From NCBI GenBank assembly GCA_964016885.1, contig OZ024740.1, forward strand, positions 131,254,001-131,318,000: 64,000 nucleotides of DNA, in the 5' to 3' direction. The notes below the pieces were generated by a model that did no database searches, was not told where the DNA came from, and saw nothing but the letters and a program-made list of their open reading frames with translations. Position 1 is the first letter of the stretch. Each line of letters opens with the position of its first letter. Below are positions 39,063 to 50,306 of this stretch, one piece after another. This DNA is from Eledone cirrhosa. Its lineage: Eukaryota. Made by a program: the position numbers and the translations under genes.

Positions 39063-42000
39063 TATATACATACATACAGACATATTTATGTTTTAATTTA
39101 TAGAAACAAACTAATGTACATTGTTTGTTAATATGGAAGATCTGCAGCTATGATGAGCATCGTATTTTCACTTAAATGTACGTATGTCAACTTCTTAAAT
39201 ATACAAAATGCTACCGTATCTATGTATAATATTTGAATTATTCCATACGTTTTACCTTTAATATGATGTTCTTTCTTTGTTGAAAGTATCTTTATACTTT
39301 AATTATTTGTTTCAATTTACTTTTTATTTGAAATCGACATTCATATTGTATTTGTTTCTTTGTGAAATGAACACTTTTATTTGGTGCAGTTTTGTTTGTT
39401 TATGTTTGTTATATACATCTGAGATATTCAAAATGTTAAAATGATTGTACTTCAGTCAAATAAATAAACTGAAATGCTAGGTATTTGCTTAGCCAACAGA
39501 GAAACACAGGAAATCTGAATAAATTTCATAAGAAAATACAAAAAAATATCAAACGTTTTCAAGAGAAAAAGAAAATAAGAAAGATATTTCAATACTTTGA
39601 ATAAATAAAGTATTTTTTAGAATAATTATTTCATCCAACAAATACAGCCATTGTTTAGGAACTCACTTACAAACGCTATACACACCTATTCAGGAGAAAA
39701 TAACAACATATGAAAAATATCGAAGACAAAGCATTTAACATAGAAATTCAAAGACAAAATCATTTATTCAAATTGTCCTTCATAACATATTTTACTCCAT
39801 AGCCTTATTATTATTAATATTATTGTTACCATCATCTTCATCATCACTTTCATCAACACCATAATCAATATCTTCATCAATATTATTATTACTGCATAAT
39901 ATTATTCTTAATAAATATATATACTCATGTTCCTTATATGAATGCATTTTTGTTTTATTGTCCTTTTCCAAAACTTCTATTTTATCCCGATTTCATTATT
40001 AGATACATTGTAATTTTATTTCAAGATTCTTTTATATTTTATTTGCTTTGTATATATATCAGCATTCCATATGTGGACATGCATAACGAAGGAATACATT
40101 GAAAATAACATTACGTTTATTTGAAGTAAACAATAGTTTCCTTGAGTATTTTGGGGACAATGTGGAATAATATAACATAATTAACATGTTTATTTTCAAT
40201 ATCAATTCAGGATTATTTTTCAATAGTTTTTCACTTTCTAGAAAATGGCGTTTCTTTATGTATTTGTCATTTTGTTTAAGGAATATTGCATGTTTGCATC
40301 TATGTAAATATATTATATATAGCTAAATTCACTCATATACAGCTGTTTGTTTTTATCATGGCTAAGGTCAACAGTGCTGCAAATAGTAATGGTGCGGACC
40401 ACATCAATATAACTTTTGAGTATCCACTACTTTAAATTTAGAAGAAAAGGGCCCGTATAAAGCAATCAGTGTTTACATTTTTTTTTTTTGGATATTGTTC
40501 ATGATGTTACTATATAACCTGACTATTTTCCAAATGTCTGAAACTTTTAATAATATGCAACATTTGTTTCTAAACATTGCAATGGGTTAGACAACATATA
40601 CTTGATTATGTAACAAAGGATGACGATACTATAAGCCTGAAGTAACACATTTAAGCTGTTTCTAATATGAATGATATCGTGTTCGTAATATTGAAACAAA
40701 CAATCAATATAGGCTGTTCTCGTCGTAATTATTATATAAGCTATATACGAATTTGCTTTTATGTTTAGATTACTTTAACAACTAATTAACAAACTAAAAG
40801 TTAATCGAATTCACTATCAGTATAGAGTAATACATGAGTACAATAGGACCTATTTGTTCCATGATGTTTTCATAATTACTTTCAGGAATATGATATTTTA
40901 CCATAAACGTCATTTCTTAATTAAGCACGAATCATATTTCAGTGAGAGGCCTGTTTATTTAATTCACAGAAGAACATAACTGTTGTTGATTTATGGACGG
41001 TCAACGAGTAAAATGCATATTCATCATTGGCGTTATATAAACATGAGATGTAAAAAATGACGTACAGTGTAGTGATTAAATTCTGTAAAATAGATAAATA
41101 AATGTTTTCCAACGTATGTTAAGGTGGGGCCAAATGTACTTGAATATTACCGCAAGATATGTTATGAAATAGTACCAACATTCTCATTACTCAGAATAAT
41201 GGCATAACATACATATATGCTTGAAACAAATATAAAATGACATATTAGATGGAGTGGCACAATTGTACGTAGTTGATAAGTCACTACCTGTTTTCAATGA
41301 GAATATCTCTCATTCATTTGTTTAAACATCGCCTGCCTATATTCCGAATACTCTCATTATTTACCGGGAGTTAGTTAAAAAGTTCGAGTGCGCAAAACAA
41401 TCCAACTTACCATGTAGTGTATGCATGGTGCATAGTTGTATGCTGGTGAAATAGTGCTTAGCTGCAAATTGACTGGTCCATTACCATATATCTGATTCCA
41501 ATTTGATAATATGTACCTTACTTTTAAATGTTTTAAGTATGGTTTTACTTTTAAATCTATTCGATTTCATGTTTCCGAAAAATATTAATTGACGAGGTGT
41601 ATAAATCCCTCCCCATATTTCATTCGAAACTAATTCTGTAACTGAGGAAGTAAACTTCCTGGGTTATTTCGTTTTTCTGTTTATCTTTGGGGATTTCAGA
41701 GACTTTCTGGAGATCAGACGTCTGACTGACCTTGAGCGCTCCTATAACTTCTTATTGTAGTGAGTTTAGGAGCTTCCAATAATGGACATGTAAAGATGAC
41801 GCTGATTATTTCCCTTGTGGATTAGTGTCAAATGCCAGTTCTAAGTTATGTTGAACTTTCAATAAAAGGACAGTGGCTAATAACATATTTTTCTGCAGGT
41901 GAATTTTGGTCCCCCTCTTAATCTGACGCTATTGTTATCACTGTTCATCAACATTTTCATTACTTTTCTATCTCTCCGCAGCAGAAAGCTATCAAGTGAT

Positions 42001-42504
42001 CTATACACTACAGGTGCAGCACCTAGTCTTCTTGCTCTATATTATAGTATTTATACCCTCACATTTCCAACTTTGCAATGTATATATCAAGCCATATCAT
42101 GTGATCATCAAGTGTCACCAGGTTATATATGTTTACTGTAAACATGAACTGAGCTATGGAACAAATCATAGTTTGATGCACTCCTTTGATTGAAACGTTC
42201 TTCTTCTTCTTCTTCTTGTTCTTCTTCTTCTTCATTTTCTTCTTGTTCTTCTTCTTCTTCTTATTATTATTATTATTATTATTATTATTGAATGCCATGG
42301 TTGACGGAGGCTCGGCTCTGTAAGGTATAGTAATTTTTAACCGTTAAAACAATTGTAAATTGTTTAAAACTTGAACCAAATTGTTGATAAAGACACCCTC
42401 CTCCTCGTGAGAGGGGTCTTTCTGTCCGTTATTTGGCCCTTCGGGGTTAAATAACCAGTTATTGGGGTTTTGTACCCAAAATTTCATTTTAAACAAAAAA
42501 CAAC

Positions 42505-44598
42505 ATGGCTACGAAAAAAAAATGTCATACGTCACTCCCACTCATTCCGTCTTCTTCTTCCTCAATCATCACTACAGCAGAGAGAAGATTGTCTCTCTCC
42601 CTCCCTTCTTTAAATGTGTCTCTCTCCGTCCCTTCTCTTTCGCAAGTGACGAAAGAAAAGAAAAGTCTCGTGCAAAGCGTGCAAGGTTTCTCCACGACGA
42701 CGACGACAGCGACGAAACAGGTGTGCGGGAAATACGAAAACCCAGTTCATTCGTCTGACGTCAGGAATAATAGCAGTAGCAGCCGTAATAACAACAGCAA
42801 CAGTGACAATGAAAACAACAGTAGCAGCCGCAACAGCATCACCAGCAGCATAAACAACAACAGCATTAGCAGCAGCAACACCAACAACAACCACAGCAAC
42901 AGCGGCGGAGGCAGTAGTCGTAGTACCTGCAGCAACAAAAGTACCAGCAGCTCTGACGACAACAACAACAGCAGAGAAAAACCAATCTCATTTGCAGGTA
43001 TTGCGAAAAACTTGGAAACAATCCTCATAACAAATGAGGAATTAGAGGAAGCGAAGAAGATGGTGACAAAGAATGGACACCGAGCAATCTGCAAGGCAGC
43101 GAAAAATTTTTTCGAAACCCAAGAGCACTGTACGGTCACGTACCGTACAGTAAGTACAAAATCCCGTAGGGTGGAAAGAGCCACAGAGGCCCAAATACAA
43201 AAAGCCTTGGGGTCTGTGTGGCAGAGGAAAACGCACATCACCCGAGGCAAAAAATACGCCACCGTAGACGTACTTTTTGCCACACCCCAGGAGGCAAAGG
43301 CCCAATCAGTAGTGACCCTAAGGAGCGAGGAAATGGTGTTGGTGCCCTCCTACTGCGGGCAAAAAATTGTGAGGGTCAAACTGACCCACGTCCCCCCCGG
43401 AATGACCCCTTCTTGGCTGGCCGCGTCTGTCCTCGTCGGAATCGAGGACAAAACAACTGTACTGCAAGTACAGAAAAAAGTAAGAGAAGATTGGGTCGGC
43501 TCCTCCATTGAGATGCTAATCCAAACCAACCAGGAGTGCATCGAAGCTATCCCGGATGTGATAGACTTCGATAACGGCACTCAACTGCCCATAAGTGTTG
43601 AGGGCAAACGCCCGAAATGCTTTCGCTGTGGATCGAAGACTCACCTCAGGGCCTTCTGCAACGAGAAGACCCTGAGAAAGGAGAAAACCCCCCTCCTTCC
43701 GAATCCGGCTCCACGGCTACCAGCAACAGGACAAGCGGCAACCAGGAACGATAGGTCCGTGGCACCCATACCCACTCCACGGAAATCAAAGACAGCAGCA
43801 GCAGTGGAAATATTAACAACAACAACAGCAATACCAAATGCAGCTGCAACAGAGACTCCAGTGCAAACATCACCAACAACAACAAGTGAAAGAGTGGAGC
43901 TGGTACCCCTCCCCGACCTTACAGAATCAGACATGGAGTGTGAGGTGGGAGAGACATGGCAAAAGGTCGCAAGAAGGCACAAACGCAGAAGCAGCGCATC
44001 GTCGCCTTTGAAAAGGGAGGAAAGAAATGAGAAAAGGGTAAAGTCTACTGCAAAGAGACCCACAGCAGCAACAACACCAACACCATCACCACCCACACTA
44101 GCGCCACCATCACCACCGGCGACAACCCCACCGCCAACAACACCTTCAACACCACCACCACAAGCACCAACATCGCAAACACAACAACAAAACACACACA
44201 CCCAGCAACAACGACAAGAAAATAGCAGAACCACACCCCACCCCCAGAAAAACAAATGCACGGCAATAAATACACACAACAAGAAACTAATGACTTACAT
44301 AATTGAACACACAGACATTTCACAACAGGACTACATAATAGCAGCACCAATCAAAACGCCAACTAACATAAGACTGCTAAAAATAGCACAGAAACAATAC
44401 ACAAATATTAAAACGAAATTCCCCAACGCAGTTGGTGATTTCAGGGACCTAGGAGGAACCATCAATCGAAGAGTATACTCAGACATTCTCTTAGAAGAGC
44501 CGATGACCAGCCGAAGGGACGATTCAACGGTCCCTTCACCAGACGATCAAGTGAAAAGGGATGTAAAAACCATCCCTCCTCTACCAAAAGTACGGTAA
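42505..44598 (+). CDS. Tx1-like ORF1 (gag-like zinc knuckle; Ser/Asn and Pro/Thr low-complexity tracts)
   Basis: 697-aa ORF with CFRCGSKTHLRAFC (CX2CX4HX4C). The true start codon is uncertain. Confidence 0.8.
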   Translation: MATKKKCHTSLPLIPSSSSSIITTAERRLSLSLPSLNVSLSVPSLSQVTKEKKSLVQSVQGFSTTTTTATKQVCGKYENPVHSSDVRNNSSSSRNNNSNSDNENNSSSRNSITSSINNNSISSSNTNNNHSNSGGGSSRSTCSNKSTSSSDDNNNSREKPISFAGIAKNLETILITNEELEEAKKMVTKNGHRAICKAAKNFFETQEHCTVTYRTVSTKSRRVERATEAQIQKALGSVWQRKTHITRGKKYATVDVLFATPQEAKAQSVVTLRSEEMVLVPSYCGQKIVRVKLTHVPPGMTPSWLAASVLVGIEDKTTVLQVQKKVREDWVGSSIEMLIQTNQECIEAIPDVIDFDNGTQLPISVEGKRPKCFRCGSKTHLRAFCNEKTLRKEKTPLLPNPAPRLPATGQAATRNDRSVAPIPTPRKSKTAAAVEILTTTTAIPNAAATETPVQTSPTTTSERVELVPLPDLTESDMECEVGETWQKVARRHKRRSSASSPLKREERNEKRVKSTAKRPTAATTPTPSPPTLAPPSPPATTPPPTTPSTPPPQAPTSQTQQQNTHTQQQRQENSRTTPHPQKNKCTAINTHNKKLMTYIIEHTDISQQDYIIAAPIKTPTNIRLLKIAQKQYTNIKTKFPNAVGDFRDLGGTINRRVYSDILLEEPMTSRRDDSTVPSPDDQVKRDVKTIPPLPKVR

Positions 44599-44633
44599 GT
44601 GGTCTTTCCCATCTGTTCCACTCTATTTTAAAC

Positions 44634-47600
44634 ATGACCTCACTCAGAATAGGCAGCATAAATGCGCGTGGCTTGGGGTCGTCATGGAAGCAGGGTCACC
44701 TGCTCAACGACCTCAGGTCACTAAACATAGATGTAGTGGCCATCAGCGAGACCAGAATCTCCGAAGCACGGGCCTTCGCACCGATCTTCGGCGGCTTCGA
44801 TGTGTACGCATCTCCCAGCCGTCCTGGATCCGGTGGAGGAGTTGCTGTACTTTTTCGGAGAGGTTTGGATCTCGCCATACGGGCCATCTTCCTGGACCCA
44901 GAGGGTAAGCTGGTGGTGCTGGACGTGACCAGCGGAGACGGGCAAGCTTTCAGGCTAGTGGCCGTCTATGCCCCGACAGGAGCAGGGCGGCCTGATTTCT
45001 TCCGGCGTCTGGAGACCTTTCTTGGAACGTCCCGCTCTTTAGTGTTAGTGGGCGACTGGAACGGGATCTTAGATGCACGCTGGGACTGTGTGGGATTAGC
45101 GGATAGGGGTGGAGGGTGCAAGAGCCTCACCAACCTGCTCAGGCGTTTTGAACTGTCTGACAGGTACCGATTGGATTTCCCGAATGTGCCAATGTGGACT
45201 TGGACAAACCGCATAGGGTCATCCAGATCATATCTAGATAGAGTATTATGTAGGGAAATAGATAGGTCTAGCATAGGCTGTCCACAATTCAAGATAGTCA
45301 GCTACACGGACCACAAATTCGTGATCTGTGTGCTTGACCTAGATAGGCTTCATAGACGAGGACCCGGCTACTGGAAGCTAAACGCGTCCTTACCAGCGCG
45401 CAAGGCCTACAGAGACCGGATTAGCGAACTAGTTAAGCGGGCGTTGACGGGGGCCATCGTCAACAACAAGTGGTGGTTTGCTCTGAAAAGAGCGATTAGA
45501 ATAGAATCGATTAGGTTTAGTAAGGCTTTAGCAATAGAGAAAAATAGAGCAGAGGGAGAACTAGTTAGAAAATTAGACGAGGCGCTTAGCAAAGGCATTG
45601 CGACCGACGTGCTTGCGGCGAAATTGGCCCTTGACCAATTCTTCAATGCAAAGCACGAAGGCTGCGTTGTCAGAGCTAGGGTGCGTGCTCTCAGACACGA
45701 GGGGACGAAAGCCGTTCAATGGGCCCGAGTGGCGGAGGCGCGTCGTGGCAACAAAGCCACGATCCGGTCTTTGGTGGACCACGACGGGCGCATGCTACTC
45801 GATCCCGGGCAAATGTGTGAAGCTTTTCAGCGACACTTCGCTCAGCTGTTCGGGGGCAGCGGGGGGCCGGGTAGAGGGATGGACTTTAGTGTCTACCTCG
45901 ACGGACTGCCGCGGCTCTCGGCCACTGAGGCGAAGTGTTGCGAAAAGCCGATAACAGCCGCTGAAGTAAGGGAGGCAATGACTGGCTGCACAAGGGGTAA
46001 ATCGCCTGGTTTGGATGGTCTGCCCTATGAACTTTACGTACAGATGCCAGACTTGTTCGGAGGTTTCTTGGCGGACGTCTACTGCAACTGGCAACAGAAC
46101 GGGAGAATTCCCAGTTCTGTGAGCCGAGGAGCGGTGGCACTGCTGAGAAAGGATCCGAACAAGGGGGATAACATAGACAATTTCCGGCCCATAACTCTGC
46201 TAAACACAGAGTTTAAGATTTTGGCCAAGGTGCTAGCAAAGAGGTTGGCGCTTGTCGTTGGTGGTCTGGTGGGAGAGGCGCAGACATGCGCCATTCCCGA
46301 CAGATCCATCCACGACAACCTCCACCTCATGCGATACATCGTAGAGAGGGTAGCTAGGGAACCTGGCACGGGTGGGTCCTTGATCAATTTAGATCAGTCG
46401 AAAGCTTTCGATAGGGTCGACCATCGTTACCTAGCGGCAGTCCTGAGGGCGGCTGGCTTTGGGCCCGTCTTCAGAGGCTGGATCGCTGCCATGCACAGCG
46501 ACATCTGCTCTGTGGTGAGAGTGAACGGTCACCTGTCGGAACCGTTCAACATCATGCGCTCGGTCCGCCAAGGATGTCCCCTCTCGTCCCTCTTGTACGT
46601 ATTGACTCTCGAGCCATTACTGCACAAACTGGAGACGTTGAGGGGGGTCCCGCGCGAACTAGGATGCGGAAGATCCGTATCAGCATATGCGGACGATGTC
46701 ACCGTAGTGGTGTCGAACGCCAAACACATCGAGGCGATCGGCACTACACTAAGAGAATACGAAGCGGTGACAGGAGCAATGATCAACCAGGAAAAGTCAG
46801 TGGGCCTGCAGCTCGGCACCTGGAGAGGCAGGTCCATGCCGTCCAACAGCGTCGTCGGACGCTGGACGGACGGACCGGTTAAATTGCTAGGGGTCTGGTT
46901 CGGTCCAGACCTCCAGACGGACAAAAACTGGGACGAGGTGACGAGCAGGGTGGCTTCTCTCACCCAGAAATGGGCCGAGAGGAAGCTATCCCTGAAAGGT
47001 CGAGCGGAGGTGGCTAACGCGTACATCGCGTCCGTCATCTGCTACCGCCTGACCGTCATACCTTGTCCTAAGCCTCGCCTGACTGTGCTGGAGCGTTTGC
47101 TCTTTCGCTTTTTGTGGAAGGGACGCGCTCCGATGGTCAGGCGGTCCATCTGTTGTCAACACCCGCAACGTGGAGGGCTGGGCATGCCGTGGCTGATGAT
47201 GCGCAGGCACGCGCTCAGGCTACGACATCTCCACCTCTTCCTCGACGGTGATCAGGTGTGGTCGCCGTTTGCTAGACGCGTGTTTCCCCAGCTCGTTTCC
47301 TTGACGGAGCTGCAGTCCTGGGTCAAGCGAAGACCGAGAGGGAGCGCCTGGAGACTGGAATGTCTTCAGGCGCTCACAGCCCTCGACCAATCGGGCAATG
47401 TGATCGGTGGAAACTCCACCTCGGCGTTCTATAGAGGATTAGTGGAGGGGAAGAGCGACGACGTACTTGGGGAAACTCTAGGCGTCGACGAAAATCAACT
47501 AGCCAATCTCTTCGGAAGAACTTTCGGGCCAGGGCCTATGGACAACTTCCAGAAATCTCTGGCCTGGCAGTGCTACCGAGGAGCCTTGCCAGTTCGGGAT

Positions 47601-48053
47601 AAACTCTACAGGCATGGAGGTGCCGTCAGCCGGGCATGTCCGAGATGCGCGCAGGGCGACGAAACCGTCCTGCACGCACTCGTCCAGTGTCCGAAAATTG
47701 CTGACTTGTGGGTTTATGTCGAACACCTGCTGTCGCGTTTAGGACGGATCCGGCTATCATCTGAGTCCATCGTGAGGATTGCCCCGCCCTCCTCCTTTAG
47801 CCGGGAAGGGCAGGCAGTTTTTATCTGCCTGGTGGCCATGGCGAAAGAGATAGTATGGTGGACACGTTTGAAAGGGCTGAAGACGAGCACTTACCTCTTC
47901 GGTGATGCTCTGATTGACTTTTTCAAATTTCATTTGAAAAGGAAAATCAGAGTAGAGAGGGAAGTGCTCTCTTCCCAGCATTTTGTTGAAAGATGGGTGA
48001 GAGAAGCAAGAATGGCCCGAGTGAATGGGCCTACTCTGAGCATATATCTGTAA
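44634..48053 (+). CDS. Tx1-like ORF2: APE endonuclease, reverse transcriptase, C-terminal Cys/His finger
   Basis: 1139 aa. Motifs SINARGL, ISET, VYAP, GDWN, YLDR, TDH, GYWKLN, KSPGLDG, FRPITLLN, DQSKAFDRV, RQGCPLS, YADD, CPRC...H...C. Confidence 0.95.
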   Translation: MTSLRIGSINARGLGSSWKQGHLLNDLRSLNIDVVAISETRISEARAFAPIFGGFDVYASPSRPGSGGGVAVLFRRGLDLAIRAIFLDPEGKLVVLDVTSGDGQAFRLVAVYAPTGAGRPDFFRRLETFLGTSRSLVLVGDWNGILDARWDCVGLADRGGGCKSLTNLLRRFELSDRYRLDFPNVPMWTWTNRIGSSRSYLDRVLCREIDRSSIGCPQFKIVSYTDHKFVICVLDLDRLHRRGPGYWKLNASLPARKAYRDRISELVKRALTGAIVNNKWWFALKRAIRIESIRFSKALAIEKNRAEGELVRKLDEALSKGIATDVLAAKLALDQFFNAKHEGCVVRARVRALRHEGTKAVQWARVAEARRGNKATIRSLVDHDGRMLLDPGQMCEAFQRHFAQLFGGSGGPGRGMDFSVYLDGLPRLSATEAKCCEKPITAAEVREAMTGCTRGKSPGLDGLPYELYVQMPDLFGGFLADVYCNWQQNGRIPSSVSRGAVALLRKDPNKGDNIDNFRPITLLNTEFKILAKVLAKRLALVVGGLVGEAQTCAIPDRSIHDNLHLMRYIVERVAREPGTGGSLINLDQSKAFDRVDHRYLAAVLRAAGFGPVFRGWIAAMHSDICSVVRVNGHLSEPFNIMRSVRQGCPLSSLLYVLTLEPLLHKLETLRGVPRELGCGRSVSAYADDVTVVVSNAKHIEAIGTTLREYEAVTGAMINQEKSVGLQLGTWRGRSMPSNSVVGRWTDGPVKLLGVWFGPDLQTDKNWDEVTSRVASLTQKWAERKLSLKGRAEVANAYIASVICYRLTVIPCPKPRLTVLERLLFRFLWKGRAPMVRRSICCQHPQRGGLGMPWLMMRRHALRLRHLHLFLDGDQVWSPFARRVFPQLVSLTELQSWVKRRPRGSAWRLECLQALTALDQSGNVIGGNSTSAFYRGLVEGKSDDVLGETLGVDENQLANLFGRTFGPGPMDNFQKSLAWQCYRGALPVRDKLYRHGGAVSRACPRCAQGDETVLHALVQCPKIADLWVYVEHLLSRLGRIRLSSESIVRIAPPSSFSREGQAVFICLVAMAKEIVWWTRLKGLKTSTYLFGDALIDFFKFHLKRKIRVEREVLSSQHFVERWVREARMARVNGPTLSIYL

Positions 48054-48314
48054 ATTAAAGGTGGAAAACTGGGAGAGGGCACTTGCCTTGGTGGTCAGGG
48101 TCATTGTGGCTTTTTACTGGGCTTTCTCCACAAATGTCCCTCCGAAGTCTCCCCCCTATTGGGGAATTTTTCATTGTTATTTTCATTGTTATTTTTGTTA
48201 CATCCTCTGTTTTTGTTTTTTTTACACGCAGAAATGCCCATTTGTACCGTCCTGCATTGTCCTGCACTGTCCTTAATGTCTACTTTATGTAAACCCTTGT
48301 GGTTAATAAAGAAA

Positions 48315-48373
<59 letters not shown>

Positions 48374-48797
48374 TGCATTTATCTTGCTTTATGTTTATAC
48401 GAGTTATCACCAAGTCACAACCAGTGACCTCAAGAGACAACAAGGTCCGCCATGTTCAAGAAAGAACATACATATTCACACATGCATCCTTAGTGTTTAG
48501 ACTTGTGATGTACTTATATTGACAGGATCTTCCTTAGTATATGGGCAGTTCCCATTAGTACTATCTTTTGTATTTCTCCTATACGTGGGTTTCCTGGGAT
48601 TTGCGATAAGTAGTCGTTAGACCCCTTAGGTATCATTCCCAGAGCGCCTACAACCACTGGTATTGTTTTAGTTCTCAATTTCCATATTTTTCCAATTTCT
48701 ATCTCCAGGTCCTTATACTTGCTCAATTTTTCAAATGTTTTTATAGATACATTCTTGTCTATTGGAACAGACATATCAATTAGCAGGCATACCCTCC

Positions 48798-48798
<1 letters not shown>
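48374..48798 (-). mobile_element. 5'-truncated R4/Dong-like copy (same family as 50307-54270)
   Basis: ORF 48514-48774 is nearly identical to the C-terminus of 50457-51557, with the same 3' UTR. (TTA)n on both sides. Confidence 0.9.
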
Positions 48799-48837
<39 letters not shown>

Positions 48838-48844
48838 GTTATTC

Positions 48845-50272
48845 TTTGAGTCTCAGTCATTGATGTTAGTTAACTGGAAAGTTTGTTGAAATGAATATCA
48901 AACCACTAACTACAGCCTCAGATATTCAGGACGTATCGGAGTGTTCTTGCTGTTCCCAGCAAGCATGCCTTTTGAAGCGTTCCAAAAAGCGTGAAGGGGC
49001 CAATTTTCTTTAACCATCCCTAAAAACTTTTTGAGATAGTACCTAGTGCGACTATGACAATAGGGACCACTTTGACTTCATGGCAGTTCCAAATCCATTT
49101 TACCTCCCACTTTAAGTCCTGGTATCGGTTAATTTTCTCCCTATCCTTCTCTTGCACTCTCGTGTCGAATGGACAGGCCACATCCACAATCAGGCACGAT
49201 GTGTTTTCTTTGTCCACAACCACCAGGTCAGGTCTATTGTGTTCCAGTTTCTTGTCCGTCTGTATCCTAAAATCCCACAACACCTTCACCTAATAGTTTT
49301 CTATCACCGACTCTGGCTTATGCTTATACCACTTCTCAGAATATGGTAAATTGTTTACTTTGCATAGGTGCCAGTGGATCACCCTGTCCATCACATCATG
49401 TCTCCAGCCCTTATAGTGAGTCTGGGCTAGGTGTTTACAGTCGGATACAATGTGAGCCACATTCTCCTCTCTCTCTCCACAGATCCTGCATAGTGGGCTA
49501 GCCTGTTCCTTGTAAATATGGTGTTTCAACCACTTCGTTTTGAGGGCCTGCTCTTGCGCAGCCATTAACATTTCTTCTGTAGCCTTTTTAAGGTCTCCTC
49601 TTTTCAACCAGTTCCATGTCTGTGGATCTCTGAATTCAGTTTTCTCAAAGAAGGTACTATGAAGGGATTTTTCCTGAAGGCTGCTCTTTCTCCTTGATGT
49701 TATTTCTTCCTTGGACATCCCCTGGTCTATTGTCCTCTCCTTCAGTACAGTTCTGAGCATTGGCTCCTTACATAGTCACGTATTTGTGTAGGTTGTTTTT
49801 CTCCATCTGTACACAGTCCTCTATGCTGATAAGAACTCTTCCGCCTTCAGATCTCCTTAAGTAGAGTCTATCGACATCACTCCTCTTGTGGAACATGTTG
49901 TAGATAGTCAATAGCTTCCTAGTCTTCCTATCCATTTCTATTTGTTCAGCAACATTCCATCTCAGAATTCCCGCACTGTACCTAATAATAGACACAGCTC
50001 GGGAATTTACTGCACTTATGGCATTCCTACTGTTCAGATGTGACTTCAATACGCTCCCTACTCTCCGAATGTATTCAGTTCTTAACAATTCCTTCATTTG
50101 TTTTGTTCTTGATGTCATCAGCCTCCAGAACACTCAAGTACTTTTATGCTCCTTCGGAGTCAATTTCCTCTATCATTTCACCTGTTGGTACCTGGATTCC
50201 GTTGCTTCTGCTCAACTTACCCCTCTTCATCACAATGACTCCACACTTACTAATACCAAATTGAATACATAG
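48845..50272 (-). mobile_element. 5'-truncated R4/Dong-like element, second family (RT C-terminus, CCHC finger, restriction-like endonuclease)
   Basis: FGISKC, VDRLYL.RSEGGR, CRICGE.EE.VAHIVSDC, RHD, LWDF.IQTD..LEHNRPDLVV..VDVACP..EKINRY, LLGTAR. (TTA)n on both sides. Confidence 0.9.
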
Positions 50273-50274
50273 AA

Positions 50275-50306
<32 letters not shown>

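Larger units (their letters stand above)
42290..48316 (+). mobile_element. Full-length, apparently intact Tx1-like (L1 group) non-LTR retrotransposon flanked by (TTA)n on both sides
   Basis: Two long ORFs, AATAAA at 48305, (TTA)n at 42261-42289 and 48317-48373. Confidence 0.93.

Noticed and set aside
39050-42190. Host gene exons in the unique AT-rich stretches (also 6.0-8.5, 16.2-19.0 and 63.0-63.9 kb)
   Set aside because: No recognisable protein motif or convincing spliced ORF. Small exons cannot be excluded without RNA-seq.
42390-42460. HDV-like ribozyme in the Tx1 5' UTR (TCCTCGT loop)
   Set aside because: The P1 3' strand followed by GG and a P2 partner could not be placed. A simple hairpin explains the sequence.
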